From Podarcis muralis (Eukaryota), in NCBI RefSeq assembly GCF_964188315.1, contig NC_135660.1, positions 56,234,001 through 56,298,000 of the forward strand: a DNA stretch of 64,000 bases, read 5' to 3'. Shown piece by piece: positions 52,954-64,000 of the stretch (within the stretch, counting starts at the first letter, position 1; every line of letters begins with the position of its first letter). The position numbers and the translations under genes are program-made. The notes beneath the pieces were generated by a model. That model saw only the letters and a program-made list of their open reading frames with translations, did no database searches and was not told where the DNA came from.

Positions 52954-53203
52954 CAGTTGTACCTTGGTTCTGAAACAGCTTAGTTCCTGAATGTTTTGGC
53001 TCCCGAACGCCGCAAACGCGGAAGTGACTGTTCCGGTTTGCAAACTATTTTTGGAAGTCAAATGTCCAGCGGGGTTTCTGCGGATTCTGATTGGCTGCAG
53101 GAGTTTCCTGCAGCCAATCAGAAGCTGTGCTTTGGTTTCCGAACATTTTGGAAGTTGAACGGACTTCCGGAACGGATTCCGTTTGACTTTCAAGGTACGA
53201 ATG
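52954..53203. mobile_element. Tc1/mariner MITE, family B, inverted relative to the 20333 copy
   Basis: TA|CAGTTGTACCTTG...CAAGGTACGAATG|TA; interior is the reverse complement of the 20333 copy. Confidence 0.8.
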
Positions 53204-54110
53204 TACATCTACAACCACCTCACACGCTTTACTTGAGCTTTGGGGAAGTACCACATATTGCAGAGAAGGGCAGGACTGCCACTAAAAAGACAACACCATG
53301 GGAAGTAACCTCCCCACACGACACCACACACCTAAACATTGCCTAGGAATGTGCATTTCCTCATCACTGGCTGGTACTGGCAAAGACAGGGAAATGCTTT
53401 TCAAAACCATGGAGGCAAGCTGAAGCTGATATTATGGAATAATAGAAGGAAACCTGATATGGAGATCTATTTTTGGCAGCAACAATATTTCTTTGCCTTC
53501 ATAGAAGTTACTGCAACAAACGTTCAAGGCTGGCATTCCACTGTTGTTCTTATTATGTGTTTCCTAACTCTCTGCTTATTTTGTTTATTGTTAGGATTGA
53601 TTAATTTGTTGTGATTTGTATTTTTATCTCTAAACCGCCAAGTGTGATATTGTCATAAATGTTGGAATAAACAAATAAAATGTTGACTTCTACCATTACT
53701 GAAAAACAGCCAAATGTAAACTGGAAGAATGGGAGAGGAAAGTAATACTGTAATGCAAAGAGTCTTTACATTTTTCAAACCAAGTTATGTGGGTTTGGGA
53801 TTTTCAAAGGATGTCTTAATTTTTTTCACATTAGGAATAGATGTGGGATAATTCCAGCACCTGAACATTACCAAATAAAGGCAAGGTTTTGCTTATTAAC
53901 CGGCATGAAAAAATATATACATATAATGTGAATTGTCTACAACTACAAGGTACAAATACATTGCCAGGGTGCAGCTCTCTGCTTAGTGTTGTATTTCTAA
54001 GAGGGCATTAGCACTGAACTAGCTTTGCATAAAATGAAATGCGAGATCGGCAAGTTTCCTAAAAGTCTTAGGAACTGTTCAGTAGATGTATAGGTTACAT
54101 CAAGGCTTAC

Positions 54111-54168
54111 CTTCACAAATTCTGTCCAATCGCTGCCGTTTGACTTTGTGTTTGTCCACAAGTGCCAT
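54111..54168 (-). CDS. CTBP2: First coding segment of long CtBP2 isoform, MALVDKHKVKRQRLDRICE(G), containing the basic nuclear-localisation stretch
   Basis: Minus strand ATGGCACTTGTGGACAAACACAAAGTCAAACGGCAGCGATTGGACAGAATTTGTGAAG|GTAAG; 58 nt (phase 1); matches the recalled CtBP2 N-terminus. Confidence 0.97.
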
Positions 54169-54271
54169 TGCGCTACTGTGTTTTACAACTTTTGGAATCA
54201 AAGGATAAAGCAATCCCCCAAGAACTTATGGAAATTCACAGTAGTCCGAGTGCATAACGTCACTTTGAATC
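54111..54271 (-). other. CTBP2: Full 161-nt exon (103 nt 5'UTR + 58 nt CDS)
   Basis: Pyrimidine-rich acceptor CTCTCTTCTTGTTGCAG|GATTC at 54272/54271 and donor AG|GTAAG at 54111/54110. Confidence 0.88.
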
Positions 54272-57200
54272 CTGCAACAAGAAGAGAGTTGTACATCGTT
54301 GGCCCTTTGTAAAACAACATCTGTATTGAAACTGTCTAGAAATGCTTCTCATATCATAAGAATGAAAACAGTTTTGGTGCATTTTGCTCCTAAGACAATG
54401 AGCTAAAATCTGGGTGCCCCATGTTCACTGTGCAAGTGATGGGAAAAAATAGAAATGTTTGCACACATTTTTGTTTTAGGGCTAGATTTTTATTTCTAAC
54501 TGCAACACAGCAGTTAGAAGTTCATACACTTTCCCCTAAAGTGCCCAAATGAGTGCTGTGGAAGCAGCATATCATAGCCAGTGGCGCTGCACCACAGTCA
54601 TGCTTTGAGGAGAAGAGATCAAGCTGGCACCACGACACTAGCAACTGCCAGCTTCAATGCTTAAAGCATAACAGTGGTGTACTAACATGTTACATGGAAT
54701 AGACATAGCCTCGCTGGAGCAGACTAATGCAGGGACAGGAGGAACAGCCCCACGAAAAGACACACACAACTGCTGCCATGAAGGCATTTTGTTCACTATG
54801 GAGCCTTCATTACGCAAACTCCTGCTGCAGATATGGAACAGCAAACGTTTAAATGGAACTGTAAAGAAGCGTTGCAGACACAGGATGGCTATAGCATCTA
54901 CTCCTTCTGGAGACTGTATCTGCTTTTCATCTCAGACTTTGGCTTGTTGCTGCTGAAGCTATATACTATTCTCTATATGTCTGCCTTTATGGATTTTTAC
55001 TATCATGCACTCTTGGTCATTTGAGCTTGATGTTGGTTGAACTAGACGTAAGAATGCTTACACTAGATATATTAACATATGTGTAATGCAATGCCTTTGT
55101 CAGCACAACCAGTGAGTTTTTTTTTTAGAAGGAAGCCCTTATCTATATGCACTAGGACTGCACCGTCATCTAGATTTTGTTGTACGGTATTTCAACTGTA
55201 TATAGTAAGCTGGCTTTGCATACAGAGATATGAAGTCAAGGGTCTTTGATCATACCCTGGAGCAATGACCCTGCTGTCTCAACCAGAGCTTTTCAGTTGT
55301 TGTTTTTAAGTCCAAGCCCCAAGTTGCTGAGAATAAATGTGAAATGTGTTGCCTGTTTCCAATTAAGGCTTAGAAACCAGAGTCTACATCACTTTTGGTA
55401 GTCTGAGGTGGAACATCCCAGCTCAGCTTGTTCTTTGCCACAGCTTCCAGCTCATGTCCTCTTGCATTTTAAAACATCCTTTCCCCCAGTACATTCCTTC
55501 ATGATGCTTCCTGCAAACCCACAGCCCAAGTAAATGCAATAAAAAATTCTAGAGCAGGCGTGGAGAACCTCCAGTCCACAGGCCTAATTAAGCCCAGCCC
55601 AGGTCCGAGTTTGGTCCATGAGGCCATTTCCCCCAATCCATGGCCACCTGCCCACATCCTGATGTCATATCAGGTGTGGGACAGGTAAGGAAAGGGCTAC
55701 AAAAGTAAACTGGGGAACTTAAAACTGGCTGACAGCTGGGATCCGCATGCACTAAGGAGTCCACCATTGGGAACTCGCTAGTGCAGTGCCGATCAGTTGA
55801 AAAGAGGGCTTCATTTTAAGGAGACTGCATCAAAGACTAACAGAAATCATTAAATACATTTACAGAGATTTGGCCAGTTTATGTAAATAATATCTACCAT
55901 ACAGGTTTAATTTATTAATACTATTGACAAAATCTGGAATTTTAATTGAATTCTATTACACACACACGTAATTCACACCTTGCCCTTACATTCTACTCTG
56001 TTGATGCTAATCTTGATAATTTAGCTATAATTTATATAAGTCTATTTATTGGTGCCTAGTTTTATAATACCAGCAAATAACTTGTATGTGTGAGACCAAT
56101 CTATAACAGAAATGGCTAACCTGTGGTCCTCCAGATGTTGCTGGATTCCTACTCCCATCAGCCTCAGCCAACACTGCCAAAGGTCATGGATAATGGGAGG
56201 TGTAGTACATCTGGAGGGCCACAGGGTAGCCAATCCCGACCTACAAGATGGTCTAATCTGTGCTGTAGCATGTGAAACAGCAAGGAGGAAAAAGCAGAGG
56301 ATGTTAGAAAAAAGAGGTGCCGGAACTCACCAAGAATGCCTCCCTTGTTCTCTTATAATGGCAATGGCACCCCCCTGAGAGGTGCCAGAAGTGAGTTCTG
56401 GCTGAAAAAAAAGCCCTGGCTCACACCATACTTAAATGAACTTGGAAAAAGTGAAAAGGAGAAAAAAAGACCTTGTACCAACATCAGATTTCAGGCAACT
56501 GTATACCAAATGCATTAAAATTTTACTAAGTAAAACAACCCTACATGTGATTCCTTTCTGGATGACAAGGTGCTGGTGGTGGGGGAAATGTGACCCAGAA
56601 TATGTTGTGTTTGACAATCTCAATATAGTACTTGCTCACTTGGGTGTCCTTTGAGGTTCCACTGATTGGTGCCTAAGTAATGTTTGTGAGAGGGCATACA
56701 TTTGAAGCTTGGCTTCTAGAAGAGGTTTGAAGTTTCATATATGTATCTGCAGCTTCTATCCCATAATGCTAAAATGGAACTTATCACTAGCACCTGTTAA
56801 CAGCCTGGCAACCTTCCCTTAAGCCTCCCTAAGATCAGCACTATTCAGAAGTAAATTAATAGTAAAGTGGATTCCTTTGCAAGAGTCATGAACCTCAGCA
56901 TAATTACTCAAAGAGAAAAGATAGCTGCAGGGTGCTTAAAAGCAAGTCTAATCAAATGTGAATGACAACATAGGTGCCTATAAAATACTATGCACACATA
57001 ACAGGGAGTCAATCTATGAATGTGCAGTTTCTACAGGACGTCAAACTTCCACATAACTCACGCTCCATTAAAATAATTCCTGCTAATATAAAATTCAAGT
57101 AGTTCAGTGCTAAAGCAAAAAGAAGGGGTGGGGACTGATAAGTAAGAGGGAGGTATCAGGATGCTTAGATGAAACTCAATGTATGCTTTTAAAAATGTTA

Positions 57201-58168
57201 TTTGGGGGCTGAAATAGCCCCAAAACGATCTAGTGGAAGGGAAGAGAGATTTGACCTTTTGAACACCCTAAAACGTACAGTATCCTGGCTTCCACCCTTA
57301 ACAAAAACTCTCCAGTTAGAGGGTGAGGATTCAATGCAACATTTTGATTCAGTTGTCCAGTGGCAGCTGGTGCCCACTAGTAGAGCAGAAGAGACCAAGC
57401 CACAGCTGATGGCAGGCGTAGCCAAGTAATTCTAGCTTTGCCTCCATCCTTGCTGGGTTCTACAAGGGGCAACATTGAGACGAAGGAGGAGGAAGCCAAT
57501 AGGCAGTGCCAACCCCTGGAGTGGATGTAAAATAAGACAGCGGACAGGTAGAGACTGGCTGGTGTTCTAGATATAATATTAGAAATATTTTCAAACAATG
57601 TGTAGTATTTGCCCATGTCTATGAACATGCATGGGAAAGCAAAAGGTAATAGAAGCCATTTGGAAAGTTGCACTATATAGACAAGGTGCGGTTGAAACCT
57701 AAATTCTATTGGAAAGTCATATTTCCGATGAATGCAATGTGGAAAGAGAGGCTCTCAATGAGTGGAAGGAGGTGTGAGGGGAGCGGTTGCCATGCAGGGC
57801 TGGCCCTACGGTGAGGGACAACAAGAACTGCCTCAGGTAGCAGGTGCTGAGGTGGGGGGAGTGGCCAGAGCTGGGAGTGCCCTGTGGCCTGCCCTGTTCC
57901 CCTATGCTAGCCTGCTTCTCTCAACTGCAGTAGAAGACACTGTCCTTTCACCAGGATTGGAGTAACAGTCAACTACCATTCCACTTGGCTTCTGTGTGTG
58001 CCTTGGGAGAGGGCACCGTCCTGCCCTTCGCCTCAGGCAGCAAAATATCTGCTGCTGTGTAAGCGACTTCACATATATTCTCCCCATTACTGCTCAAAAG
58101 ATCCAAATATACTAGCAAGTTTCTGTGCATCATAGCCAATGTGGAAACTGGCGGGTAACTCGATCTAC

Positions 58169-58183
58169 ATTTGCATGACAATG
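58169..58183 (-). promoter_or_regulatory. Canonical Sox-Oct composite element CATTGTCATGCAAAT
   Basis: Plus strand ATTTGCATGACAATG: octamer directly abutting a Sox site in the canonical arrangement. Confidence 0.6.
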
Positions 58184-59292
58184 ATCATCTTGGGTCCACT
58201 GGTTAAATGCATCACCCCGATGGTGCTTGTCTCCATATTCAGGGCTACTGTCTGTCATGACTAGAGCTGAACTGGGGTCATTGTAGGTTTTTTTTGTAAT
58301 ATTGCTTTTAAAGAGTAATCCAACAGGTTTATACAAATGCCATTAAGGGACGAGTATTATCACAACGTTTTGCAGGTCTGGGTAATGCTGCCTCCTTACA
58401 GCTATGATCCTATCTGTTTGTCTAGCACAGCATCCCAGAAGGAAGTTCAGCTTTAGTTTGCCAGAAACTGTTGGCTATTAATAGTTAACAAATGCAATAG
58501 GATACTATTGTGGGGTTTGGGAGGGTGGGGGAGAAGACTGTAACAAATCTACTGCCTAGCAGGATCACAATTTCACGGAGATTATTGTTATTATTATAGA
58601 TGGTTATCAATTATGCATCACGTTGATAGTTAATTTATAAAAGGAACAGGGGCTTACTGGTGCCGCTGAATTCTGACTGATAGGAGATGGGCGATTTCCT
58701 GGTAGTTAATGGCCAATTTCCCAGCAATACGACTGCAGCATAATCACAGAGATTTATAGTAATAATTAATTGATTTTTCCCTCAAAATGTGAAGATTCTA
58801 AAGACCATGATTCCCAGTCCTATTAATAATTAATCCTGCATTTTTTTAAAAAAATACCTAAACTCTGAATTCAAGGCAAAGGAGGTTTTTAAGGGAAGAG
58901 TTTATTGTATTACCAATAAAAGGGGGGAGGGACCTATGTACATAAATAAAAGGTTACAGCAGATAAATACAGTAGATAAATAGATGTGAAGTAATCTTCA
59001 CTGTCAACATTTCTCAGTTTAATGAAAGCACTCTTCACATTCTAACAGGAATAGGGCAGTAGAATAAAAAGCAGGAACAAGTCTGTTTGGGCTCGACTAG
59101 TAGAAAGTTAGCTTATATCAGGTATGAGCAACTTTATGGTTCAAAACGCAACTTGTGAGAGCTGGGACCAACTTTGAAGATGAAGAAATAGGGGAAAGTG
59201 TGCAGGCATACAAGAAGAGAAAGAAACTCCCCGTCATCGAGTCATACATGAGATGCAGAGAATCACACAATTCCCCACGATGTACAGAGTAC

Positions 59293-59369
59293 CCTGCTTG
59301 GCAGGGGGTTGGACTCGATGGCCCTTGTGGTCTCTTCCAACTCTATGATTCTATGATTCTATGATTCTA
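59293..59369 (+). mobile_element. Short CR1 3' end with (CTATGATT)n tail
   Basis: Near identical to the 3' end of the 9618 copy. Confidence 0.85.
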
Positions 59370-61513
59370 CCTCTTGCTTGTGGGAGAAGTGGGAGAAGTA
59401 CAAATGGTATCCTTTACTCCCCTAAATATTCAAGCAAGGAACAGACAAGCAAGCCTCGCTATAACTTCTACCACCACAGCTGCCACCTTCAGTTTTTAAC
59501 AGTTTCTGCGTCATCTGTAGGATACCTGTCTCTGCTCTATACAGGATAGACCCATAATTTCATCTTTCTGTTGCTTCACCCGGGCAGATATCAAACCAGT
59601 GTCAGCCGTGCACTGTAAACGAGTTAATCCAGAGATATACTATGACAGGGCAGAAGAAGTTCCATTCAGGGGAAACAAGATTTGAAGTGATGGACCCTGA
59701 ACTTGATATTATTTCACTGCAGCAGGGACATCTTACCATCTGGGTTCTCAGTCAGAGACAATTGGTACTCATTCCAGAGATGCAAACAAGTAGCAAATGG
59801 TATGGCTAGCATAGATACTATGATATTACAGAGTCAAACATCAATACTGTGAACACGTTCTGTATGTTACCAGCAGTGTGGTCCTGGCAGCGATGGCAAT
59901 CAAAACAGACCCTTGCGTTTCTGTCTCTCTCATTACCAAGCACCAGCCTTAAACACACAATTTAAAACAAATTCTTGAGAACAACAATTTTAATGGCTTC
60001 ATTATTTCCAAAGCTGAAAATCTCTGCATGTAAAATATTTGCACTTAAGCCAACTGCACATGACAACAGCAGGAACTCTTAGATCATCAGGAACACAGAA
60101 GAATTACAAAGGAAAGAAAAACCTTACTACTTTTCCATGGTAATTAGAAAATGTAATAAATCTTTTAAGGCATGCAAATTGGAGAGCTGCACTAAAAAGA
60201 GAAAAAGGCATCCAGAACCTTAAAACGATTGCATTTATTAGGAGCAAAGGTAAGGAGGGTTTCAAAACACACCACTTCAAAAAACACACAAACATGACTT
60301 CGAAAAGGAAAGGAAACAAAAATTATAAAAAATCTGTGTTCAGTTTTTGTTCACAGGCTTCACACAAAAAGGTCTGCTTCAAAATTCAAGCCAAGTACAC
60401 AAGTCCTTTGTGGCACATCCTGGTGCTTGATAAACACGAATCTGAAATGGCAACCATCCTTCTACAATACAGTTACCATGGAATGAGTGAAAAGTTACAT
60501 AATTTCATAAACTATACTTCAGTCATTGAGTAACCCTGTAAAATGCACTACAACCAAGCTTTGTAGGAGCTTCTGCAGCCAATACTCCTAAATCAATAGT
60601 GGGCTGGTGTGATCATACACTTCCCTTGCCAGCCCCCAAATGCTCTAGGAGGAAAACGTCTCTGCCTATAACTAAAAAGTTAGATCCTCACTGAGCTTAG
60701 CAATACCATTTATTGGTGATGTTGTACTGGCTTGGATCCAGAGGAAAGCAAAACAGGGCAAGCTTGCACTATGGGGCTTTCACATCACAACCCGCTGAGA
60801 CCCCTGAAAAGCCTAAGGGTCAGGGACGAAGTGCAGAGGGATGCAATGTGGAAATCAGAAGAAATCAGGAGTAGGGCTTCTGTACTGGAAAGGAAAGGGC
60901 AGTGTGAAGCTGCAGGCAGATGTACAAACAAATAAAAATGTACAAGCAAGAATACATACAACTCAGCAAGAGATAACAGTCTGTTGTCCTCTCATGTGGG
61001 ATTATGGAGGGAAATGAATCCCTTTCACTTCCCCCACCAAAAAAACAAAACAAAAACTGGACCAATTTGCGATTTGGCAGCTTAATCCGCTCTGGAAATG
61101 CTTATAAGACTATAAATTTCATCCATTTTGGCCAAAAGGGTTATAAATGTTTTTCGATTCCCCATTATAACGGATGGGAAACACAGGCCTTAGCTTTGCA
61201 TGGAGCAGCTCAGAATTCAAATTAAAGATCAAAGAGAACAGAGCAACTCAGAGAGATCAAAATTAGACACAGCTACAAGGTAAATCTTGGGTCCCATGCA
61301 CATCCCTAATAAATAGCTCTCCAGTTTCTTAAGTAATCTTATATTACAAGATATTGATCTCTCGTGTCTCTTATTTATGAACTTGCATAGTTCACTTGGG
61401 AGTACACTGCACAGAGTGAATCTCTCCAGTCTATTTCCATGACTGAACTTGAGAGGAGAAAGCAGCTGCATCAGCCAGACTAGAAGTGAACTGGCAGATG
61501 TATGAATCCAGAC

Positions 61514-61603
61514 CATAGCTGTCAACTTTTCCCTTTTCTTGCAAAGAATCCTATTTGAAATAAGGGAATTTCCCTTTAAAAAAGGGAAACGTTGACAGCT
61601 ATG
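61514..61603. mobile_element. 90-bp hAT micro-MITE, inverted copy
   Basis: Same TIR; perfect 8-bp TSD ATCCAGAC. Confidence 0.92.
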
Positions 61604-62033
61604 ATCCAGACTGGAGTCCTGATATTGAGCTGCAGCTTTTCAACCAGGTTCCACTAAAGAACTGGTCCCTTCCACCAGTGGCCTTATACTCCCCAGGGCA
61701 GGCAACACAAAAGGCAGGAGGTGGCTGAGATGCAATCGTATGTAAAGCTCCAGACCAGAGGATTAAAACATTCAAAGCTCCCCACTCTTCAAGAAAGAGG
61801 TAGCACATGTGTATGGTCATGTGGCCAAGAGGCATCAAGGGCCTCAGCTGATGTTCAGACTTTGTCAAGTGAAGTGGTCTGTTTGGAGCTATCTCAGGTT
61901 CCATAACTCTAATCTGTTCCTACCTGACCAAAGGATCAACAGGGATTTGCCATGCCCCAAGGACTCCTACTTCTGGTCATATTAAAATACCTTTCTGAGT
62001 CTTCATCAACATACAAGAAGATACCCTCTAACT

Positions 62034-62337
62034 CAGGGGTCAGCAAACTTTTTCAGCAGGGGCCGGTTCACTGTCCCTCAGACCTTGTGAGGGACCAGAC
62101 TATATTTTGAAAGGGAAAAAATGAACAAATTCCTATGCCCCACAAATAAGCCAGAGATGCATTTTAAATAAAAGCACACATTCTACTCATGTAAAAACAC
62201 CAGGCAGGCCCCACACATAATCCAGAGATGCATTTTAAATAAAAAGACACACTCTACTCTCCAGGACCATCCGTGGGCCAGATTTAGAAGGCTATTGGGT
62301 CTGATTCAGCCCCCGGGCCTTAGTTTGCCTACTCATG
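62034..62337. mobile_element. hAT MITE with internal approx. 48-bp duplication
   Basis: CAGGGGTCAGCAAACT...AGTTTGCCTACTCATG; flanks CTCTAACT/CTCTAAGA (6 of 8). Confidence 0.75.
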
Positions 62338-63667
62338 CTCTAAGAAAACCCACTTCATGCACCAATTCCATATCATTTAAACCAGTATAAAAAGCACAAA
62401 ACACAATGCCTATGAAATCTGTAAGTACATCACTACATGTTTAAACACTCTGAAGATAATGGCACCAATTACGCTGTAGATGTACTTCACAAATTAATAC
62501 AGTTTCCATGATTGGGCCCATCCCATTTAAGTTTGACAGGTGCCCATGATGATACCATGCAGTGATAAGAGCCTGTTTTTAAAACCTGCTGGAGTAAAAC
62601 AAGCTCCCCAAGCCAGGATTTGGGGTGGCATAGATATGCTAGGGAAACAACAGAAACACAGAGGGGATTCCTCTTTAATAAAAAGATTTCCATTAGTTGA
62701 GCAGGATACACACACCTACCACTTCTTCTAAATGATCTCTACGCAATCTGAAAATAAAACACAATTCTAAAACAGTAGTAGTAAGTAGGCTAAGCACAAC
62801 TGAAAGCAGAGAGAGGAATTAACGCATACATATATGCACCGTTTCAGCATATAATGAAATCTGAGTGCGAAAAGATACACACAGGGGGAGGGGGACTGTA
62901 ATTCTTTGGTCTTCAGCAAGATTAGGAAACAACTGAAGTGATTTACATATAGTAATTGCATGTCCTTGCTAGTCTCCAGCGGCGTCTTTCAAAATTTAAA
63001 TTTCCCTGAAAGTGCTCGGACATTACCCTAGGCATTTATTTATTTATTTATTTATTGGTGGGGGATTACTTAACCATGACAGCATGAAAAGTAATAACAC
63101 ATTGCAAAAAAAAAAAATTTCAGTTCTTCTTAGGATTGCGTTTTAAATACCCACAGTCCATGACAGAACAAAGAACGAGGAGGGTGTTATACTCAACGCG
63201 AAGAAGGGTCTCTTCCAACAACAGTGAAATGGGCACTGCTCAGTAATGTATTTGGCCTGTGGATATCCTTGCAATTGAACTGAAGGCATGAAATCCACCT
63301 GCTGCTTAAATTGTGAACACCTCCATTACTATTACTATTACTTATTTATTTGATTACTTGCCCAACCTTCACCCTGAGACTGAATCTTTCATTTTTTTTA
63401 TATGTCCATTAGAAATGCACATATATGAAATGAAAGAAGCAAATACAAAGCTAATAGTAGGGCAAATTCTTTTGTATCAATAACAGATGCAGATTAGCAG
63501 ACTAAGCATACAGTGAGAAAAGTACTGATCCTTGGTTATGTATAAAATAACACTAGTTTTTGTTTGTTTTGCACATGATAATGATCACATTTTGTATTTT
63601 GTTATCCTTGCCCAGCATGGGCTTACCAGGATGAGGAAATGAATGGGGTATGTGTTTATTGATATAC

Positions 63668-64000
63668 TAAAGGTAAAGGGACCCCTGACTATTAGGTCCA
63701 GTCACGGACAACTCTGGGGTTGCGGCGCTCATCTCGCTTTACTGGCCGAGGGAGCCGGCGTACAGCTTCTGGGTCATGTGGCCAGGATGACTAAGCCGCT
63801 TCTGGCAAACCAGAGCAGCGCACGGAAACACTGTTTACTTTCCCGCTGGAACAGTACCTATTCATCTACTTGCACTTTGATGTGCTTTTGAACTGCTAGG
63901 TTGGCAGAAGCTGGGACTGAACTACGGGAGATCACCCCGTTGCAGGGATTCAAACCGCCAACCTTCTGATCGGCAAGCCCTGGGCTCTGTGGTTTAACCC
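63668..64000 (-). mobile_element. Sauria SINE running off the window end
   Basis: Homologous to 24904-25267. Confidence 0.9.

Larger units (their letters stand above)
1..64000 (-). other. CTBP2: Window lies within the CTBP2/RIBEYE transcription unit (mostly intron); shared dehydrogenase-domain exons and upstream 5'UTR exons are presumably outside the window
   Basis: Two recognisable CTBP2 exons on the minus strand in the expected order (CtBP2-L first coding exon upstream of the RIBEYE exon). I looked by eye for the shared IRPQIMNGP...QEIHEK exon and did not find it in 1-40411. Confidence 0.85.

Noticed and set aside
58130-58336. 68-aa minus-strand ORF with protein-like composition
   Set aside because: No recognisable homology and no convincing phase-1 donor; overlaps the Sox-Oct motif, so a regulatory reading is simpler.
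1-64000. Other hammerhead cores (CTGATGA/CTGAAGA) and CRISPR-like arrays
   Set aside because: Scattered CTGANGA hits inspected by eye lack a following stem and GAAA; no repeat-spacer arrays seen.

Overview
Vertebrate (squamate) genomic DNA. The repeat complement (Sauria SINE with (TAAAGG)n tail, BovB/RTE, CR1, L2, many hAT and Tc1/mariner MITEs) points to a lacertid lizard; this is inference from repeat style. The window appears to lie inside the CTBP2/RIBEYE gene on the minus strand. Two coding exons are recognisable: the first coding exon of long nuclear CtBP2 (MALVDKHKVKRQRLDRICE-G, 54168-54111, in a 161-nt exon) and the 1.7-kb RIBEYE A-domain exon (42128-40412). Both end in phase 1 at GT donors, so they can splice alternatively to the same downstream dehydrogenase-domain exon. 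I could not find that exon, so it presumably lies left of base 1. The rest is intron with transposon relics, microsatellites and a 155-N gap. Best leads: (1) a 1981-bp non-autonomous hAT element with perfect TIRs and TSD that seems to carry a captured CpG-island promoter core (RFX-like, CCAAT, ZNF143 motifs), plus a transposase remnant and a nested BovB; (2) a perfect 70-bp-arm palindrome in an (AT)n tract about 115 nt into the RIBEYE intron, whose centre looks like a truncated Penelope-type minimal hammerhead ribozyme; (3) an exact Sox-Oct composite motif; (4) a TAATCC (CRX/OTX) cluster upstream of RIBEYE; (5) a candidate internal first exon near 5.8-6.5 kb; (6) a short uORF in the CtBP2-L leader. 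I see no evidence of a wholly new multi-gene system. Gene and repeat identities come from recalled sequences, not database searches.
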